Of a stretch of DNA of 64,000 nucleotides, positions 58,058 to 64,000 are shown piece after piece. Every line of letters starts with the position of its first letter. Within the stretch, counting starts at the first letter, position 1. Below the pieces are notes generated by a model. The model did not search any database, was not told where the DNA came from, and saw only the letters and a list, made by a program, of their open reading frames with translations. The DNA lies in contig NC_134034.1 of the NCBI RefSeq assembly GCF_964204645.1, positions 4,109,814 through 4,173,813 of the forward strand, written 5' to 3'. The position numbers and the translations under genes are program-made. The stretch is from Tubulanus polymorphus. Taxonomy: Eukaryota; Animalia; Nemertea.

Positions 58058-59046
58058 GCTAGAACAAAAAGAGAAACATCAATTAAACATCGAACAAATT
58101 TTAAGGGTCCAGTTTAACATAATTTCAATTTTCATCTTACATATGAAAGTAATTACATCAACTAGGTTATTGAGAAATTAGCAAGCTAGGGCTTTATTGT
58201 CATTGGAAATCAAAACATTTGAATTGATAACCACATTGGCCTATGTTTTGATAACCAAGTCTTTGTGAGCACAATGCCTGTCATTATAAAGGGATATAAT
58301 AAACTCCCACTTATATTGACCTTTCACAGAATACACAAAACAATAATAGAGACAGCCAGTGGCTGTGGTATCATTGTGACTAGTGTTTCAAGTTAATTGC
58401 AAGTTGTAGGGAGAGATTTCTGGTCAATGGCCTATATGCATAAGTACAGGGAGGGTCGCATTCACAAATTGAGTTGAAAAAAGATTTAGACAATTGATGA
58501 TTTTTAATTTATATAATTCAAGGGGGGATGATAGGAATTTTAAGGGGAATGCTTAGTCAGAATTTTAGATTTTACCCCTGGCCTGGATTCTAGATTTTTT
58601 GAATTCATAGCGCATCAAGGAATTTACGGACCCATAGGCTAATACGCAGTTACGACGCTGGAAATACTGAATGATTTGCTAGGAAGGGCTGTTCCATTTT
58701 AAGGCTGATAATCGACCTATTCCACGCACGAAAGTAGGCCTAAATAAAACAAGGACTTAGGGCCAGTAACAGAAATGACAAAATATCACGGAATGGAAAA
58801 ATGAAACAATCTGTAATGCCTTCTAGTGAAAACTTCTACTCACTCGCTTTTCTAGTGTTCACGATTCACATTTTGATGATGAACGATAAGCTGACCCAAA
58901 ATAATTGTAATAAATTGAAGTTGATTGAATTTGCGAGTGAAAAGTAAGAAGTTTTTCGCCAAAAAATTGGCATCAAGCATTTGCGATAAAAGATTTAATC
59001 GGGTATGAAACCTCGGATGTTGGAAGTACTGAATTCATACACTTAC

Positions 59047-59270
59047 GTGATAATCGGGTAATTTAATCAGATGATCTGGAACGAATTAGTCTGCTTTCTG
59101 TGACTGTAACCTGGTAACTGCGCTGTGTGTTTACGATCGGAAAATCAAATATGGCGCTCTTCATCGGTATATCCCGAAATTACGTCACCGCTAACAAGCA
59201 CAGCGATTGGTCAATTTCAGGAAATTTCAGGAAATGAATTGTGGATATCCGTGGATTTGATTGGCAGTTT
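59047..59270 (-). promoter_or_regulatory. Candidate promoter and non-coding first exon of the DUF6729-type gene
   Basis: Minus-strand donor CAC|GTAAGT at 59046 and acceptor TTCTAG directly before CATG at 58058. Upstream are two CCAAT boxes, TGACGTA and a YY1-like AAATATGGCG. Confidence 0.4.
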
Positions 59271-59751
59271 CCACAATTCATTTCCTGAAATGAAACACCG
59301 CCTCACGCGCGCCCGCTAGCTAGCGCGCGCCACACCGCTCCTCAAATTTCAACCGTGCAATCATTTCATCCCTACGAACTTTTGAGCAACCTGGCCGAAT
59401 CGGTTCACAAATCGAGCTAAAAAACGTGTATTTTAGTAAACCTGATCGGTTAGCTCTTAGAAACATTAACGCCCCGGTCTTCCAGGGATCGCAATTCCCT
59501 TTTTTGGTATATCATTATATTATGCCCGCAGAATGGTTGCATACGCAAGATCTATACACCACCACCTACGCTTTCGAAAATGTTAGTTAATTCCCGGAAA
59601 CTAGAAACAGGATTATGGAAAAATAATGAATTACACATTATGGAACAATTTTTCTGTAAAACAATACCGCTGAAGTACTCCATTCGTATGTAATGTATTT
59701 AGACAGCGAGCTTGCCCTGACGTGTTAAATATTATAGTTTATAAACAGTCG

Positions 59752-60171
59752 CATTGATAATGAATTCTACATGGGCAATGGAACTGTTTAATATTGACTT
59801 TAATTTCAAAGTTAATTCATATACATTTCTTATGAAGAAATTGACCCTTAAACTAATACCTGTTATGAAGCTTGTAGTAAGGGTTACACTATTGGCCTTT
59901 CATGAAATATATTAATCGGCTTTCAGAAAATACATTTTGGAGGTTCGGTTTTCAGCGGTTATACTTTAGCAACAAGTAATGTACGGGAGCTGGACTTCGT
60001 GGCCAGTGTAGCTAATAATAATATACTAATGTAGAAGTAATGTAAGTAAACAGTTCTAGGTATGACGTATGTATCCGCGTAGGGAAACCTAATTATGGTG
60101 TGGCCATGAGCTCTGGCGATTGCAAAAAGTGAATTCAGACCATTGTGACGTGTGTAAGAACGTTTATGATA
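59752..60171 (+). repeat. Inserted copy of 50696-51128 with a 12-bp flanking duplication
   Basis: TATAAACAGTCG at 59740-59751 and 60172-60183 brackets the homologous block. Confidence 0.8.
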
Positions 60172-61721
60172 TATAAACAGTCGAAGTGACCGAGCACATG
60201 CCCATGAGTCATGCCTCTCTCGGTAGGTTTTCTACGAATCGGATGGTAGCGCCACTGTTATTTGCGCGTGCTAGATCGTTAAGACCATTAAGACCGGCTT
60301 AGATGTATATAGATCCCTCCAATAGTATGTATAGTATTGTAAATAGTTGATGTATATATATATTTTGTTACGTTTTCATTCTCGAAATTTTAATCACTTC
60401 AATGTTGTTTTGTGAATATTTGTATATACATGTATAATAGTTTTCCTCCATATACCATGGAAATGTTCGGAGTGTAAATAAAATCGTAATCGTAATCATG
60501 TAAATAAAGTCTAAATGGTAATCGTAATCGATTCGTTCGATTTTCGTATTCATCCCATCGCATCGTTTTCTGCGCTTTTAAATAGCAAAAACCAGCAAGA
60601 ATACATTTTATAATGGACAGTTTATAGGGTAGTTTTCAGAGTCGGATCCAGGCTGAGTGAAAGTGCTCTGCCACTTGGCGGGCGTCCCGGCGAGCGCCGC
60701 AAAGAAATTCTGATTTTCATGCAATATTAGTGCATATTACTGCTTTACGAAGTACTGTGGATCATCGTCATAACTCAATGTCGGGTGGATTTTGTTCACA
60801 TATGATTTTCAAAACGGCATTAAAGTCAGAGTTTTTATAAAATGCAATAGATTTTGCACAAAATATATACACTGAATTTTGTCACAATCTACTAGTAAAA
60901 CTGTGACTTGTTATTCAAAACACCGGAAAGTTAAAAAGAAAAAAGCCAGATTTGAATTCTATCAAACTTAAACAGGCATCGGATTTGTATCTATAAAATG
61001 CGGTTTCAAATTCATCGTGCTGGTGTCGATTTAGTTGACATGAATGGCTTAGTAGAAATCGGATATTTTGGGAAACATATGTGACATTCCGAGTCGTAAA
61101 GTTCGGATGTGTTTCTATAGGAGTCAGGGGTGGATTCAGCATTTTGAAAAATGGGGCGGGCACAAATGGAAGCAGTCGGATTGCTGCGAAACGGTTCCAG
61201 CGCTAGTGCCAAAAGCGGAGTGATTTAGGGGGTCTGGGGGCCCTCCGCAACAAAAGTTTTGGAAAAATAGACGGAATGGGTTGCACTTCGAACGTACCTT
61301 TGCAATATAATAGAACAAAAAAAATTAATTTGCTGATGAAGATTCCGTCAATCCTCCTTAACGCAATTTAAATTCTGGCTACCATCAGCAAACCAGTTTT
61401 GTATGTATATAATTCAAAGTGAGGGTTTCCAGGAAACCAATAATGAAGCCTAAGGCTGAAAAATGAATACCTCGTTTCTCCGCAGCGGCCGGGACATTTT
61501 GTAAATTCCGATGAAAAAGTATTTAAAAACATTTTACAAAAAGTAATGTACATGGCAAATAGTAGGTCGGGTCAACATTTAAGCTCAGCGGGTGGAGAAC
61601 AAGATATAATTTTTTTTGTAGCCTGAACACTGCAGCATATGTTTTAAAGCACACTTCGCTCTCTAACCCGTAATTTATTAATCGGTCCCTCGAAGTCGTA
61701 TGCGAGCATGCGCAGATCATT

Positions 61722-61797
61722 CTCCCCGGCAGGGATTCGAACCCGATTATATCGCTTCACTAGGCAACGGTGCGGAACCCTGCCACACTAGACCGGT
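61722..61797 (-). mobile_element. tRNA-derived SINE head
   Basis: Minus strand reads CCGGTCTAGTGTGGCAGGG...GGGTTCGAATCCCTGCCGGGGAG. Confidence 0.6.
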
Positions 61798-62056
61798 TCC
61801 ATGAGTCCGCTACTGAAGCGAAAACATTACAATTTCGTTTCGTTTTTCATTTCATACTTAAGCAGGACCCGCGGGAAGAGTGGCTATTTCTTTCGTTTCG
61901 TAGTTAAGCATTTCGTTACGTGTTTCGTTTCGTACTTTTTCATTTCGTAAATTCGTTTCATATATCGTAATTTCTTTTTGTATTTCGTAAATTCGTTTCA
62001 GATATCGTAATTTCGTAGTTTTGTGCTTTTAGAAGTACCCGATTTATTCTGAACGT

Positions 62057-62071
62057 TGACTCATATAAATA
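62057..62071 (+). promoter_or_regulatory. AP-1 site plus TATA box upstream of the methyltransferase
   Basis: TGACTCA immediately followed by TATAAATA, ~170 bp before the ATG. Confidence 0.3.
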
Positions 62072-62233
62072 ATATTCACATTCAAATAAAAAGTGGATAT
62101 AATCGGTTATGAAAAACCTGTCACAGTTTAAAATGCGACGATCATATGAGTTCTATGGAATATTTACTGTGTCTGCAACTGCTGTAGTCTGCGGTTTAAG
62201 TTCAACTCATCGCTAGAATACTCCTGGGACAAA

Positions 62234-62977
62234 ATGGAGGCAACCTTTCAAGAAAAACTCGCTAAACGGACCGCGATGTTCGAAGAGGGTCGAGAACTGA
62301 TCGAAAATAACCAGAAATTAATAACAGAAGACGGAGGGCGACGCGAGTTTGAATTTTGCGGCGAAAAATTCGTTAATTTTCTCGACGTTTTCTACCTCGA
62401 TGGTCACCAGACGCAGGCGTTGAATTTACCGGAAGAGACGGAAGAGGGCGCTAGATTTCTTGAAATCGGATGCGGAACTGGTTGCATCAGTGTCATACAT
62501 TATTTACGCAATAAGTCGAAGCTTAGTTACGTGTTGGCCACCGACATCAACCAGCAAGCTATAGAGAATGCTAGGGCGAATTTTGAGCGACACGCCATTC
62601 CGGGAGAGGTGCGGTATTCCGACGTTTATGAAAGCATTCGCGAAGGCGAAAAGTTTGATATGATCTTCTGGAATGCGCCCTATAGTTTCGTGCCGATCGA
62701 GAAGGCTGATCATCTAACGATGTTGGACCGATCTATGGCCGACCCCGGCTATGAGGCCATCGGTCGATTCGTAACCGAGGCCCACGAACACCTACGCCCG
62801 GGCGGTAAGGTTATCATGGGTTTCTCCGCTGGGTACGGTATGCTCGAAGTTCTCGACGAGAAAGCGAAGAAAGCAAACTTGAAACTGAAGAGAATATGGC
62901 ACGAATTGGGAAAAATTGGCGACATCGTCGAAGAATCGGAATTGTGGCAAATTCTACCGATCGGCGCCGTAGAGTAA
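62234..62977 (+). CDS. Intronless class I SAM-dependent methyltransferase, HemK/PrmC-related (247 aa)
   Basis: Motif I FLEIGCGTG, then ATDINQQAIENARAN, SDVY, FDMIFWNAPY (an NPPY variant), DPGY and HLRPGGKV. Kozak context CAAAATGG. The ORF is intact. Confidence 0.92.
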   Translation: MEATFQEKLAKRTAMFEEGRELIENNQKLITEDGGRREFEFCGEKFVNFLDVFYLDGHQTQALNLPEETEEGARFLEIGCGTGCISVIHYLRNKSKLSYVLATDINQQAIENARANFERHAIPGEVRYSDVYESIREGEKFDMIFWNAPYSFVPIEKADHLTMLDRSMADPGYEAIGRFVTEAHEHLRPGGKVIMGFSAGYGMLEVLDEKAKKANLKLKRIWHELGKIGDIVEESELWQILPIGAVE

Positions 62978-63790
62978 CTTTTAGAAAAACGTGTGGGAAC
63001 AATTGTTTCTAGACTTGGACCAATTTTATTTACGTATATTTTCCTTTCTGGCATATCGGATATTGATAACAAAACAAAACTTAGGTGATCGGGGCCTCTT
63101 TGATTTGTGCCTATAGAGAGCAGTACTTTGAGCTTGGATTGATCGAATAGCGCAACGGAAGCAACTAATCGTGACGGATGACATGATGTATCATTTTGGC
63201 AAAGCTCTCAGCTTATTCGATCTCTTCTCAGATGTATGTTGAATGTTTCGTCAAGTGTTTCGTGACCTTGTGGATGGCACCGGGTGTTGGGCGCTATATA
63301 CGTAACCGGTGCCCAGGCGAAGCTATGGATTTATATAAACTGAAAAAGCGCTGAATGCAAACTCGACACGAGAACATTTGGAATGAAGCGATAATCTTTG
63401 AGGAAATGTTTTCTCGGGATGTTGGACTGTGGCAGGTACTAATCAGTACTAAATAACAAAATCATTTCAATATCAAAATCACCCGTCTCGATTGGTTCGA
63501 GTAAGTGTCGACGCTACTAAGTCGATATTTTAAATAATATTTTCAAAATTTGATATATCTTCAGAGATTGTAATGGATATGAGGAAAAAAATGACAACAG
63601 TTACGTATGATGATGAATTTGTTTTTGAGTTTCTTTATTATCTTGGCTTTATAGTGTAGACGTGTTTGCTTTGTTTTTGAGTTTCTTTAAGTAATAGGGG
63701 TAATGGGCTTTCAAGCCAAAGGTCGAACGGTCGAGCTCATTGAAAAACAAAACATTAAAAGTAATTTAAAACTATAATATATTTTCATAA

Positions 63791-64000
63791 CCGTGTGCAT
63801 TTCATATTATAACTAAATATTTATTCTAAGATATTAATAATTTAAATTTTAAATGCATATTGTATTAAATCAATTGGTCGCTCCGCTTCGCTGCCGCTCC
63901 GCTCCGCGACCAATTGATTTATTTACAATACACAAATTCATATAATCAAATATATTTTAAAAATAATTATTATTCTATTATTCAACTGAAATGCACACGG
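63791..64000. repeat. Palindromic non-autonomous element running off the window edge
   Basis: CCGTGTGCATTTCA / TGAAATGCACACGG outer arms, and AAATCAATTGGTCGC / GCGACCAATTGATTT inner arms around a CGCTTCGC-type loop. Confidence 0.6.

Noticed and set aside
50696-60171. LTR retrotransposon bounded by the two 430-bp repeats
   Set aside because: No TG...CA termini, PBS, PPT or gag/pol remnants were seen, and the second copy has its own flanking duplication.

Overview
Eukaryotic, repeat-rich genomic DNA, probably from a marine invertebrate (spliceosomal introns, tRNA-derived SINEs, many MITEs, little overall CpG depletion). The main gene is a two-exon activin/inhibin-beta (TGF-beta family) gene: exon 1 CDS 14692-15181, a ~27 kb phase-1 intron, and exon 2 CDS 42256-43148, giving 460 aa. 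Its prodomain carries an unusual Arg-rich insert. Upstream is a near-perfect 4213-bp tandem duplication. The intron holds a 2.7-kb foldback structure, degenerate Penelope-type hammerhead motifs, SINEs, MITEs and a 39-bp minisatellite. Downstream are a decayed, spliced, transposon-type gene on the minus strand (DUF6729-like, 56.3-58.1 kb) and an intact, intronless, bacterial-looking HemK-related SAM methyltransferase (62234-62977). The methyltransferase is the best horizontal-transfer candidate. Family assignments come from motifs recognised by eye, not from database searches.
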